DNA of 64,000 nt from Phoronis australis. Lineage: Eukaryota; Animalia; Phoronida. Every line of letters begins with the position of its first letter. Positions within the stretch are counted from its first letter, which is position 1. The DNA lies in contig NMRA01000081.1 of the NCBI GenBank assembly GCA_002633005.1, forward strand, positions 685,625 to 749,624, given 5' to 3'. Both the position numbers and the translations under genes were made by a program. This document shows positions 37,206 through 50,563 of this stretch, piece after piece. The notes under the pieces are model-generated. The model was given only the letters and a program-made list of their open reading frames with translations. It had not been told where the DNA came from and made no database searches.

Positions 37206-39533
37206 TTAACTTCAGGATACCTCATTTTAACAAAAAATGTTCTTTCAAAAATATGGACTCCACATGCTGCAAAATATATGAGAATTTTAAGTAAATTTGA
37301 TTTCATTGCATAGTTACAGTTTTATTGTGAAAATCACCGCTTTTTGAAAGGCTTTTACGTACACGACCGGTTTGTTTACGCGCAATCAAATCTTGCGCCA
37401 CGCGTTTTCCCAATTCGACGGATTCGATTGGATTCGACTGCCTTTTAAAGCCCTCGCTCAATCGACAAAATTCATTTTTAACACGCGAAATACATGTGAA
37501 CGTCAGCGTGCTCTTTTATACTTTTATTCCATTTGCTATGAGACCAACCCATCACCAGCCCAATTTAAAGTCGAAAAATCGAGGTCACGCAAGCGTGAAC
37601 CGAAGCTCTTCACATCATCAGTGGGTCAGTTGGCAACGAGCAACATAGATGAAATTGTTTGGCAGAGAAGAAAATGCGCGAGAAAAATCGAGTTCGTGAA
37701 AATTGGACATGGAATTAGGTGGTTACATTTATATAATACGACAACGAATCATTAGTAGCTGAGCCACATCGTGCCGACCCAGCAAACAGAACGTCGACTC
37801 CGCCTGGTATTCATCAACTCCGCTCGCACATACATGTAGAACTCGTCTCTGAAGCATGAAGTCTGACTTCTCATTTCCAGATAAAAATTAGACATTAAAA
37901 TGTTAATGACCTATTTAAAACACTTACTGTAAAGAAGGATTTAAAAATGGTGCACCTGTTCGCATGACAGGTGACGCTGAGCGGCAAGTGTTCGGAGATA
38001 ACTGGTACTTGTAGATTTATCGTCAGTGGACAGTGGCGCTTTGACAAATGAAGGGGTAGGTAGGAAATTTTCAGGTCGATCTCCACAAATCAAATTCAAA
38101 CTTAGAAATTTAGTCTGTGAGGAAAGCATGAAATTTAGCTCTAAGTAAAACTGCGGACAAATCCAGAAATCGCTGTCACCGACTTGTTGCGGGTTCGTGA
38201 TTAGTCTAAATTTTGTTCAGAACAATGGCGAGTGTAGCTAAATATTTCCTACCTGCTCAAATTTATTTTTCACTCGCAGATTCACTGAGAAGGTGAAATA
38301 GAACAGTTTCCAAAGCAGACAGCGATCACATTGGGCGGGGAACTGACTATTACCTGATCACCACCGGATCGCTTTGTGATAATTGCGTAGGCCTAATCAT
38401 TAAGCATATGGAACGGGCATATCATCTTTACAAATTGTGTGCCACAACGAAGTTACCTTTATTAGACAGTACCTTGTATCACAACTACGAAGGCAAAGTC
38501 AAACGTCTGTGCAGTCGTGCGACGTATGATTGACAGCCGAAGTGCGTTAGCGGTGTAGGATTCCAAGCGACAGATCTAAGTTAGGAGCCTTTCGGTTAGC
38601 AAGGCGTGATGAAAGTTTGCTTTACGCCAAACTTTCTTTTGAAAGATATCTCAAATCATTTTGTTGTTTTTTTTGACTAAGCAAAGTTCATCCTGACCTC
38701 GTCCAGTTCAATGGAAACGACATGACGGCAGCCATGGATTTCGTGATTCTCCGCATTTCCTTGAATTTTTGGTAGTACGAAGTGTCAAAATGATCGATAC
38801 ATATATATATTTACTGGTCTTTGCGTCTTGTCGCTAGTCCTTTCTTGCTGTCGACAGAATCTTATACCGCGAAAAGCAATAACATACAACCGCGTCTGAC
38901 TTACGGCAACCCAAGACCCTCTCGACAACGGCATCCCCTTACCGAACGTTACCACAACCTTTCAGCATGCTGGCAACGTCTCAACATTTAATCGGCATCA
39001 GTCCCGATGACTTTTACCCTTCGTTAGTGTTTCCATATTTTCAAAAATATTGTGATGAGATTCTGGGGAACGTCCACAAGGCCGGTGTCCACTGGCTTCT
39101 AAGCCGCAATGCATTTTTGTTTACAGTTGCGTCGTGTCGATGATGTCATCATACTCCTTTAAACTGATTTTCGAGAAAATTTATAGGGCACCCAAAGTGG
39201 GCACCAACTTGGTTAGAAGTAAAATGCCCTGCAATTAATATGTTACAGAAGGAAGTAAAATACGACAATTGGGTATTCAAATTACGTGTATATCAAGTGT
39301 AAAATTGATACTTTGCCCAACATGCGTAGTCTTTAAAGGCGAAGGCAACCTTTTTCCATGTCATTTTGAGCTAAAATAAGGTTGGTTGGTTATCCTAGAC
39401 ATATTTTCCACTTAATTACAGCTTTTCGTAATTTTACAAATTACTCGTCCGCTACTCCGGAAGTGACGTTTTAGGAGGCAAGCGTTTCCCGCCACTTGGT
39501 TTTGCGTTGACTTTACCGTGCGAATCTGTTCTA

Positions 39534-39793
39534 NNNNNNNNNNNNNNNNNNNNNNNNNNNNNNNNNNNNNNNNNNNNNNNNNNNNNNNNNNNNNNNNNNN
39601 NNNNNNNNNNNNNNNNNNNNNNNNNNNNNNNNNNNNNNNNNNNNNNNNNNNNNNNNNNNNNNNNNNNNNNNNNNNNNNNNNNNNNNNNNNNNNNNNNNNN
39701 NNNNNNNNNNNNNNNNNNNNNNNNNNNNNNNNNNNNNNNNNNNNNNNNNNNNNNNNNNNNNNNNNNNNNNNNNNNNNNNNNNNNNNNNNNNNN
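39534..39793. other. Assembly gap (260 N)
   Basis: Run of N. Confidence 0.99.
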
Positions 39794-39804
39794 GTAAATT
39801 AAAT

Positions 39805-40160
39805 GGGGGAAATGTCGCCGTAAATTAAGCTCGTAAAATACCTTACCAACGTTCCAAATTTAAACCAATCAGTGATGACCTAACATACACAACTGTTGCT
39901 GGGCAGCTCGTTCTTGCACAATCGCTGACATGGCAGCAGCGATTTGATCCGCCATGATTCAGCGCTCGTATCGTAGACATGAAACCCGCCAGTATATAAG
40001 TATTTTCATGAGCGCGCGCGATCTTGAATTGTAAAACCCAACGTCATTGGTTAATAGTTTAAACTAAATTACGAGCGTAATTTTACGGCGTAATTAACGG
40101 CGTAAATAACGGCGTAATGTATACCATTACGCTCGTATTTTTCCGGCGACACTTTCCCCC
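39805..40160. mobile_element. MITE-like element
   Basis: Inverted ends GGGGGAAATGTCGCCG ... CGGCGACACTTTCCCCCC, with internal TTACGGCGTAA repeats. Confidence 0.55.
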
Positions 40161-42405
40161 CAACGGCCCATCATAGCTTACGGTGTCACGCGTCCGTGCA
40201 ACAGCCCAAAAGGTTATTGTAACATGATGGTTATCGCGCAGGAAAGAAACAGAGTCGGCGAAGAATTACGTGGAATTTCGCATTTATGCGTATGTAGGCC
40301 AAGTGCGCCTACATCCTAAATATTGCATTTTCTCGAAGATTTTTAGACTTACATTACAATTAACTTCCGTTTATACGTTATGTATTACAGACGGTGCTGG
40401 TTTTCAGAGGCCTGATATTAATCTGTCTTTTGTTAATCGCCAGGCTCAGTCTTTTGTCCGATGTCACGACGCAAACGTCAATTATTTACCACGCTGAATG
40501 TAAACACGCATCAACTCAAAAATACACATTACGGGTTTTACTGCCAAAAAGTCTTTGTTGATGATGATTTCTGGATGGTATAGATTTCGTGAAGTTACTA
40601 GCGTTGGTCAGAGCTATAAAACAACAAAATCTGTTGTGTTTTTGTGATTTTATTGCATACTGTAAATTCTCGCCATCTGCCAGACATTCGTTGAAATTGA
40701 GGCTGATGTCTTAATCAGTTAAAAGACGCTCAAAATCCTCTGCTGTTTGTTGAGTGGGATTTAGGTCCGCCAATAGTGAGAGTGTTTGACTGACTGTGGG
40801 TGTTGCAGGTTCGATACCGCCGCACAGTGATCTCAGAAGATTTCTTTTCTCGCGGGTTGTCCCTTTAGTTCAAACAAGCTTGTCGATGCTGCTGGAAAAG
40901 CCTACACAGACTTGATTATAAACTGAAAGATCGCTTATTTCTTTGCGTTCTAACACACAGGGACTGTTTGATAGAACGAATATTGCTGGGTATTAAAGAA
41001 CATTTTGGAAAGAGATATGAATAGATGGCCGCAATCCGTCGCTAACACCGTTTTCGATTCCTTCACATTTCTCACTAAGAATTCATAGTGCCGTCGAAGT
41101 CCGAAAGGAGGCTGTCCCGTCAATAATCATTTCTTTCTCACTATCGTCGTATAACATTCACTGTTATTTGCGATCAAGATATGTGTTAATAATTCCATGG
41201 GTGGTGTCTCATTTGAGCCGTTGTTCTGGCAAAAATAACCGTTTCCACCCGTCTCTAGTCCGTCTAGGTTTTACGGCGGACTCAAACCTTGTGTTAACTA
41301 CCATGGTGTGACAGGGGTCTTTAGAACTGTATGGTGATGATACGAATTCATCGACAGCTGTCGAAAACATGATAATCAATTGTGATGACATAACAATAGC
41401 CATTAAAATGCATTTACAAAACACAACTGAAAGGATTGGCACTTCGTTATGTTTTTATGCCGGCACTTTAGGCACAGTATCCTTTTTAGTTGATTGTATC
41501 ATCATAACATGCCCGTCTGTCGCTGCAGATGCAGTCAAGTTTCCATAGGAACTCCGACAATGCCGCAGCTTCCGTTTGTGCCCCGCATCCCGTATCATAC
41601 TAGGATAAAATCTTCAGCTGCGTGATAATTTACTCATCAGTTGAAAGCAATGCACGTTTTTATGTAGTACGTGGGGACCTTGGCTCTGGCCCACATACAT
41701 GTATATCTAATGCATACAACTATTACTCTCATGCTATAAGTCAAGGTCTATTGTTTTCTGTTACTCAGGAGGATTGGTAGAGTTGACTGGTACAATCCAC
41801 AGGTAGGGTAAAATGTACCTTCGTGCTTGTATCCCAGAGCTGTATATGAGATTTTGTGAGTCTTTTAATAAGATAACAGTTTGCATCTGTGTTACTATTT
41901 ATAGAATTCATCTATCGTGTAATATTTCAATGTGGAATCAGACGTCTCTTCGGTTCCAGGCATTCATTTCAAGACACGTCATGCATTATGGAAACGTTAG
42001 AACGATAAACAGAGACAGGTAGCAGGTGAAATTAACTTTGGCGTAACAAACAGCAGGGTTTACTATGAACCAACACTTGCTTTTTAGGCACAACCCCTCC
42101 TGTGCAAACACCTACCTAAAAAGCATAGCGCTCAGTTTTCATATCTTTGGCCAGGGTCCTGTGATTCACGAGCTATGTCGACGTCACAGGTTCATGTTAT
42201 AAAGGCCCAGTGTTCCCGTTTCGAACTCGAATATTTATTTAAGAGCGGTACCCTGTCTAATGTCACAGATGGGCCCTATCTTTTCGCCATTTCTTAGCAT
42301 TTGTTCAGAGTCAATGTTTCCAATTAATGCCGGAGTCAAGACGAAAATCCTGAAATTGTGTGATCACATATCCATCATAAAGCGTGCGTTGATTATGTTT
42401 TGCAG

Positions 42406-45400
42406 ACGGCGAGATCATACAGTGCTCTGTTCTGCTGACAAGAAGTGACTACCTGTCGAACTTTGATTCTGGACAATCCCGCTGCATTGAAAAAACTGAT
42501 GACATGAACGGCGTGGCCAATAACAACCAGAGACAGGAATCTGTGGCGATTTTCACCCACGGATGTTTTAACGCTGAAAGGGATGTGGAAAAAGCAACCC
42601 GCGATAGAGAGACACCGAATGTATTAACTTCCGTTTTAACTGCATGTGAGCCAAAGGAAGATGTGCAAGTTCCTTCAACCCCGTGCCCCACAGACGAGGG
42701 ATATGACGACACGGAAGTACCAGAGTCGGATATGCTCTTTCTACCTATGGTTAATTCTATCGCTGTTGTTGCGAACAGCAAAGCTCCGATATTTGAACAC
42801 GATAAAACTGAGCAAGGTTCTCACTCGATGGGTGATTTTACATTTGACAGAATAATCGAACAAAATTCGCCCTTGGCAAGGAAACAGGGAGACATTCAAT
42901 GCCCCAAAAGAGACCCGTTGGTAGGCAAGGCCCAAACAAGAAACATGGAAGGTAATCCTAATGAAAACGTGCATCAGAAAATAGAAAATGCAGACGCCAG
43001 TATTACAAGCCAAAAGTCACTCGCTCTTCTTGCATTGGATCTGATAAACAGCCGAGACGAATCTCAAGCTTCAAAAAGTGACCCTCCGAAATTGTTACCT
43101 TCGAGCGCCAAGGCTAGCGTTGATAACCATAAATCCAAAGGAACACCAGTTGTAACCATAACATTGTCAGATACCGAAGCTTGTGAGGACAACGAAAGGA
43201 ATTCAGACTTACCTGGTCTCGCGACATCAGCAGAGACTTGCACAGACCATGAAGAATATATCGATTCGGCTGCAGCATCTACTAATTTGGAAGGTCCCGT
43301 TGATCTCTCAAAAGTGGACAAGATTGCTGTGGACTTAAGTGTTAGCACTGATGTGACCACCCCAACGACGTTCGCATCCGCTGGAGTAGAACAGTCAAGA
43401 TGTTATAACCCGAAGCTTGTTTGTCCAAACACACAGAGAAACATCACAGTTCATACCCAAAAACAGTTCCATGTTAGTAATTCGCCCATAGGTGCCGTTA
43501 AAAAACAATCTACAGTCCATGCTTCGCAGATAGCCTACCAACCGAAAACTAGCATTTTCAATGGGTCACAGACAACATCTGGTTCTTATATGCAACAGCC
43601 TGTACGAGATGGCCAGGCATCTATGTCCCCTTTGCCTTTTTCTAATGCCTTTAATCGTGCCATCAAAAGGGGACCAAGCATGGGAAATTACAACATGGAG
43701 TTACAGAGCAAAATGCCTCGTAGGGAAACCATCCCGCTCCGAGCGACACAACTTCCAGTCAATCATCGTGTAAACAATGGTTTTATTTTAGGCTCTTCAA
43801 AGCAATTGTCACGTTTTCCTTGGGGTGTGCTTGGCGCAAAAAGAGACATGAGTGCACTGCATGACGAGTTTCAAAAAACGTATGCTGAACTCATGGTGGA
43901 AAATGACATGCCGAGGAATTTAAAGAAGGAGAGGTTGCATTTCAACAATAGTTCCTATCATAAAGGTATTGCTATGAGTGGACGCGCCATGGCATCTCAT
44001 AAAGAAATGGTGTGGATCAAACCGCAACTCAACAACGGACACTGCGAGCGAAACAACAATACGAACATTAATTACAGATCTCCAGGTAGCGTCTTCTCGA
44101 GGACACGACCTGATAGCCAGACCGGTCAGAAAACCATAGACCGAGGACTTCCTCAATCATGTAATCATGCAATTCAGAGTATTGATGAATTGGTTTATGG
44201 GAAAAGGAACAACTTTACCCATGACGTAAATGCATCTTGCAGTGCAGATCAAACAAAACATCCACCAAAAGAAACGTTTCTGTCTTACGGACCACAGGCA
44301 AGTGCTGATCATATGCATGGTCTTAATGGCACAATTGTCTGTGAGAATGAAATGGAAATGCCCTCTGTTGCTGAAACACCTTCCTCGCAGGAAGTGCAAG
44401 GGGAACCACCAAAACCTCCACCGGCTCACTCCAACGCTGTTCGTTATCGTACTTGGATTCCTCAAGTTGGTGAAAATCTCTCATTCAAGAGTTCACAGCC
44501 CGCGTCTGCAATGATGCCCTGTTCAAGCATTCGACCAAAGCACTCTGTAACAACCACTGGCAAACCTGACTCGTATAAAAATTCGCGCCCGGAAAATATG
44601 TCTATGTCTCGTCCTACCTTTATGCATATGAACAAACCTCGTCCTATTTATCCCAACGCTCATTTTCCTAAGAGAAACGAATCTTCCTGGTCAGTGACAC
44701 CAGTCGGTCCGCCGCCTACGCTTTACAATCAAGCATACTTTCAGAAGACGCCAGGCGTGAATAGAAATAGCATTGCAGATTACGAGAGAATATACGAAGA
44801 AACTCTGTTTGGAGTTCCAGATCAGCCCAAACGGAACTATCACCAGATGAACTTGGATAATATTTCTCAACATGAGAGTGGCTTCAAAAGCCTTCACCCT
44901 CCTCCACCATACGAGCACGCTATAATGGCCGACAAACGAGAAGCTGAAATGCCACCACCGAATTTAATACCTGTGGGATACAATAAGCAGAAACCCAATC
45001 TTAACCAGTCGAGAGAACACCTCAAGAACATGACAATGCAGTCGGTTGGAATGCTATCCCTGCCTAACTCCTTTAATAGATGTTCTGCCAACCCTTACAC
45101 GCAAGCATATCACGACTGTTTACCAAAGGTGATGCCTGGGACTGTGAAACCTGATCAGTACTCTTCAGTAAACCCCGAGATGTCAACCCCTTCTCAGTTT
45201 GTCCCACAGAATCAGAGATTCGAAAAACCCAACGCTTACACCTCACACCAACGAATGATTCGTCATTCGCAAAGAGGAATGAGCAATATGGGACAAGGTG
45301 TACGGAATAACATGTATCCAATACAACCGAGAATGTCCCAGATGCCTCAGGTAGCACGGCCAACAGCTCAGTGGCCACATCAAGTGAAGCAAGTGCACAA

Positions 45401-45437
45401 GGAAAATACGGTGGCAAGATTTCCCGTTCCAAATCAG
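42406..45437 (+). CDS. MYND gene giant exon 4 (3032 nt, phase 1-0), low-complexity S/P/Q/N-rich
   Basis: ttttgcag acceptor, frame open from 42408 through the 989-aa ORF, CAG|GTAATA donor. Confidence 0.88.
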
Positions 45438-45853
45438 GTAATACTTGGTATCCAATTCAGTTCCATCCACTGACGTAGTCAGGAGTATTCAACGAGGGGT
45501 TGAAATTGTTGGCGACAGGGGGGGCGGGGGGAGACAGCCTGGGGTCACTTTGCAATGAACAGGGGTGCGGAGTAAACGTAATGTTAAAAAGAGTTTCTAC
45601 ATGGGGAGGGACTTTTTACAATCAGAAAGGGACCCACCTCGTTTTGCACCCCCGCTCCCGGCCGTGGCTACGCCTGTCAGGGTTCCCTCATTACACGTAT
45701 GGAACGAGAACATGCACGAGATGGTAACACAGAAGTACGCGTTTTAAATTGAGTGGCTGAGGGTTTTGAACGATCCCATTACAAACACAGTATATACAGT
45801 TGTGCTCACGCTTATTTGTCGCACTCTGTAATGTAAGCGCAACCACCTGCGCG

Positions 45854-46250
45854 ATGAAGCGCCAAAGGGTTCTTAAACGAGTAGCTTTCTGAGTCAGGCT
45901 ACGGGGGTAACTTGTTGTTGGGCTGTAGAATCGAACAAGTTGGGAGCAACGGGATGTCGCCGTCATGTTACTCAACGCGTCGTATCTCTTAATCAGTTCA
46001 TATTCTCCAATCACGTCCTTGGTCAAATCTCAAAAGTAGTGGAAGACTTTCAACATGCGCGCAAGGCCAGTTTCGAAGATTGACTCCACCACGGCCATTT
46101 TTCGTCTGCGCAGCCTCCTCGCAGCGCTATACACTGACTGTAAGCTCAACGAATAACAAACTCAGTGCGTTGAATAAGTAATACTACGCGTTGATTAAGA
46201 ACATTCAACGTGCAGAAAGGAACGCGTTTAAGAACCCCTTGGCGCTTCTT
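45854..46250. mobile_element. Intronic MITE
   Basis: TIRs GAAGCGCCAAAGGGTTCTTAAACG ... CGTTTAAGAACCCCTTGGCGCTTC. Confidence 0.7.
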
Positions 46251-46585
46251 GCTTGACATCCGGAACGAGGCCACGATGGTATATCATCTACAGGCTCCCA
46301 GAGGTAGGAGCAGGCCAGCACTGTATCCGTGGTGCGGTCAATAACAGAAATTACTGGCGAGTGAAAGAACCACTCCGACTATTGCATGGTTTCGCCAACC
46401 TCGCTAGAAACCCGCCATCGATTTGAATCAGTGCTCCTCAGTTGTGCGGGAGTAGTGGAAACGCCATTACTCAACCCATGATCAACTTAACTACGACTTC
46501 CCAACTTGATTACTACTGCTCATTACAGGAACATTAGCAGGTCATCATATGACCACTAACTAAAATCACAACGTGTGTTTTTCAG

Positions 46586-46732
46586 CATTTGCAAGGACCT
46601 TTAACAGCAGGTCAAGCAAGTCTACGACACTGCAATGATGTACAGTCGCGCAGATGCGCCGTGTGCCCCGGGCCAGCAGAATTTCTTTGTGGTAGATGTC
46701 AAAACATCTGGTACTGTACAAAACATTGTCAG
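46586..46732 (+). CDS. MYND zinc finger exon 5 (phase 0-0): ...RCAVCPGPAEFLCGRCQNIWYCTKHCQ
   Basis: tttttcag acceptor, AG|GTAAGT donor, CxxC-x7-CxxC-x4-YCxxxCQ MYND signature. Confidence 0.92.
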
Positions 46733-47076
46733 GTAAGTTATTGAATAATACTTACCCCTGCCTTACATCACTAATTTTTTGAGTCACGTGCTTCCGCCTA
46801 AAATTATGCTTTATATATTTTGAACGAAGCATCCGGTAAATATTCCGTATGTTGGAGGTCAAAATATACCTCGATGCATGCAGGCAAGATACTGAGGCCG
46901 ATGGACACCTTTGTTAAACCAGCTTCTTGAATGTTTTGGTATTTACGAGCGTATCCGAATGAACTTGCTGGCTTCTCTAAAGGTTTCAAGTGTTGTTGCA
47001 AAGGTAAAATATGCTCATTTCTGAAGTGTGCTTTTCTCAGCGTGAATTGATTAGACATTGTAAAAACTGATTTTAG

Positions 47077-47121
47077 ACGGAAGACTGGAGGTTACGTCAC
47101 CGGCTAGTTTGTTCAGTCTAA
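47077..47121 (+). CDS. MYND gene last coding exon: TEDWRLRHRLVCSV*
   Basis: ttttag acceptor. It supplies the W..H...C residues that complete the MYND finger, then TAA. Confidence 0.85.
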   Translation, partial: TEDWRLRHRLVCSV

Positions 47122-47546
47122 GCAGACGGACAGGTTGACGAAGCGACGATATATCGATGGATTTGAAAGGAACCAGTGCACTTGGGCATTTTCGTCGAAT
47201 CGGACTCAAGAAACGCACATAACATTCACAATTCGAAAACGTATTTGTTCGTACATCAACTTCCGACGTCAGGCCAAAGCAATGGAACTTCAAGGAATAC
47301 CACATGAGCAATTGCAGTGATTCAGTTATAGTGTATATTATTTAACATTCCATTCTTAAAAGAACATTCACGAAGAATTATAATTAGGAATATAATTCAA
47401 ATAATTCCATTGTATTTTATCTACTTTTGATGTTATTGTGTATTTCAACTTTTAATATTTTGTTGTTGGTAGTCAATTTTGTTGTTAAGGGTTTCTAATT
47501 TTAATTGTAACTTTTGTACATTTTTCCTTCAAGAAGAGAAGAAAAT

Positions 47547-47566
47547 AATAAAACATGTGAATTAAA
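47547..47566 (+). terminator. Candidate polyadenylation signals (AATAAA, ATTAAA) of the MYND gene
   Basis: Located at the end of an AU-rich tract about 430 nt after the stop codon. Confidence 0.5.
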
Positions 47567-48534
47567 ATGCATTTTTTTAGTTACTGTACAAACTGAGCAC
47601 ATTAATTAATCCAGTATCACGTGTGCCTTCTGCTTTTACCAACAGAATTTCAAAAGTTGTCTCATTGGTCAATTTTCTGCTTAGAAATGAATGCTCTGTT
47701 AAAGCAATTCCAAGTTGGGTAATTTGGGTCTCACGTCAATGACGGACCGCACAGAATCGGAGGCCGTTTCGCAAAAATCACATTAGATACGGTCTCTACT
47801 ATTAAAAATATGGATTTTCGTGATTCATAAATAACTTAATAACGACAATCGTGGTTTGTCGACTAGACTATGCATCACCTGTTTTCCTAAGCTGCATGCT
47901 GCAAATAACTTTGAGTTAGTCTCCAATAGCACACAACAAAATCTCGTTCACAAGAAGTTCGACGTATGCGAGCGAACGGGGTTTTCATCTGAAATCGGGC
48001 TTTTAACAAAGCATTTCTCCTGGGTGTGGTCACGAATTATTTCACAAAAAGGGGTTGAGTAAAACTGAATGGACCAGGGTTTACGTTATCATCATTTTGA
48101 GGGAAATGTTTCACCCACACGTGTCTCGAATATGCACGCCCAAACGGTAAGTATAAAACACACTTACGGCCTGAACACGTGTTTGCGACGGGTATCCACG
48201 CATTATTCTATTGTCTCCTATTTTTAGGAAGTTAATTGGCTTGGATGATAACAACACCGAGCAAATAACATGATTTTGCTTAGCATAGACTAATTACATT
48301 CACTTGGCTAACAATCAGTGAATGTCTTCCACTTAGCACAATAAACTTGGTAATTTTCGCAATTTTCCAAGGACAGAATTCTGTTTGGCATAAACACATC
48401 CTGTACTAATCCAGTGTTTTATTCACAGTGAGTTAGCTGGTAACAAGGCCACCTAATAAAAACTGTTATAAAAATCCAAACCATGATAGATTATTTGTGA
48501 CATAATTTAACTTACAGTAAGTAGGACTCATAAA

Positions 48535-48705
48535 CAGTGAATTGTTTGCAAGTAACAAACACTGATTGCAAGTGAAAAACAATGTTTGGAAGTAACAAAC
48601 ACTGCAAGTAACAAACATTGATTGCAAGTGACAAACATTGTTTGCAAGTGACAAACATTGTTTGCAAGTGACAAGCATTGTTTGCAAGTGATAAACATTG
48701 TTTTC
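48535..48705. repeat. 20-bp minisatellite (GCAAGTGACAAACATTGTTT), about 8 units
   Basis: Direct tandem units. Confidence 0.9.
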
Positions 48706-50449
48706 CACTCTTCCCAGTGGTAGTATAAGTTGTCAGAGCTACTTCCTTCATACACGACTTTGATTTTGATTTTTGTAATTAATCATTAGTTTTTCATAAA
48801 TTTGCATGAACTGTCTCTCATCTAGAGTCTGACATTGCAAGAGTTCTCACAATGACACGATAAAGCAATGATATATTTTACTGGAACACAATTACACAGT
48901 ACTTTGGTCAACCTAAACCATCTACAGTGTGAGTAATACTCCTACCAAATTTGAGCAACAGAAAGCAATGAAACACAGAGGACATGAGCGCAACAGGGAT
49001 ATCAAAGGTCAAGTTTCACCATGACAAGGCAAGACAAATAACCACAATCAATTCTCCTTAGTCCCAGTACGACTAGGCTAAAGCTTGATTCAGGATCACA
49101 TATTCAAATGTTAAGCAAAGTATAAAGGGCATGAGAAAATCAAGGTTCCTGGAAAAACTTTCAACAGCATCATCCTTGGAAAAACGAGTAATGTCTATCC
49201 CACATTGCTGTTTTCAGATCCTGCAGGTACAAACTGGCTTGCAGGAGATCCTGCAGACTGAACTACAATAAGTATAAAATCTGCAGATTGGGCCAAAATT
49301 TAAATGACAATGACAATAATGATACAAAATATGAAAACAATAAAGGTCAACTTTGCTGGTCAAATCGCAAACTGACAAAATAAGAGTACAACAAGAAACT
49401 CATTTTCTGAGTATTCTCAAAAACATTGTACCATCGGATACACATCAAGACTTTCTACTGACAGATTTTCCACCATCGCATCTAGATTTTGCAAATATTC
49501 ATAGCCCAAACACAGCACAACAGCTCTCCTGTATAGGTAGATACCTATGTGTCAAATAATCACTGTTGCTATCTGGTTTTCAGGTAAAAATAGAAAACAA
49601 TCATCAACGAGAGATAAAGCGTTGCGCATATCTTGTTCCAATTTTCACAAACATGATTCAAGTAAGGTCTTTGAAAACCATTGTTTTTGTTCATCTTTTC
49701 TGGTGTAACCCTTTGTTTTAGTTCTTCTACAGAACAAGTTAGAAATCTTGCTTACAAACAATGCACAGAATGCCGTCTACTGATTACCTAAACAAGAACT
49801 TTCACCGCTCATAACACAATTTACCACAGACATGAAAATGCTTCAGTTTGGACCACAACATGGCAGACAAGTTCAATTACTTATTAAAAAATGTTTAACA
49901 AAAATAACTTTCCAGGAAATTTTACTTTGGGTTTAATGTGGTGTGTATGAAGGAGCTGTCACCAAGCATTTGGAGCAATTTTCAAGGTTTTGCAGCAGAT
50001 GTGGTGAGTCTCATAAAATTGAAATATGGCAGATTCACAAATTGTTTCTGTACCCAAGTTGATGATTTTTTTGGTATTCCATTGTGAAATTACCAATTTT
50101 AACTTTACCTAATTAGTGCTGTGTGTGACTTTAGATGATGAAACATAAATCTTCTGTTACAACCTCAGTGCCTCTGTCATCTCTTGTGTAACAAATGAGT
50201 AAAATTACCCAGCATTCTTAACCACAACTAGTATAATAAAGTCAGTGCCGTGAATGAGATATATGGTGACACAAGACGGCACAAAACTTTTGATAATCTG
50301 ACCTCCTTAATAACGAAGTTCTTCATAAATGGATTTTACTATATCTCGAAAAGTGAAGCCTTTGATTGGCGTGTTTGCAAAGTTACAATTTGGGCCTTTA
50401 TCCATCCTAGAGCTCCTCAAGGTAGACAAGATAGCACAACAGTTTGTGT

Positions 50450-50563
50450 CTACTCCACAGACCATACTTCTTCAAAAGCTGAACACACCTTGGCACAGGT
50501 GAGAGCCGCCGATAATGGATAGTTACTGATGGAACACAAGTCCTCTGTGTAGTCCACATCAAC
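50450..50563 (-). CDS. EMG1: EMG1/NEP1 rRNA pseudouridine N1-methyltransferase, last coding exon: VDVDYTEDLCSISNYPLSAALTCAKVCSAFEEVWSVE*
   Basis: Contains the conserved ISNYPLSAALTCAK..AFEEVW C-terminus of EMG1, with a CAG acceptor and TAG stop. Confidence 0.95.
   Translation of the reverse strand, partial: VDVDYTEDLCSISNYPLSAALTCAKVCSAFEEVWSVE

Noticed and set aside
39507-39802. ORFs full of X
   Set aside because: Artefacts of the N gap.
48228-48410. Alternative MYND terminal exons (EVNWLG* at about 48228, NSVWHKHILY* at about 48376)
   Set aside because: They lack the final His and/or Cys ligands. The 47077 exon supplies W, H and C.
48466-48755. Three overlapping Cys-rich repetitive ORFs
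   Set aside because: Translations of the 20-bp minisatellite.
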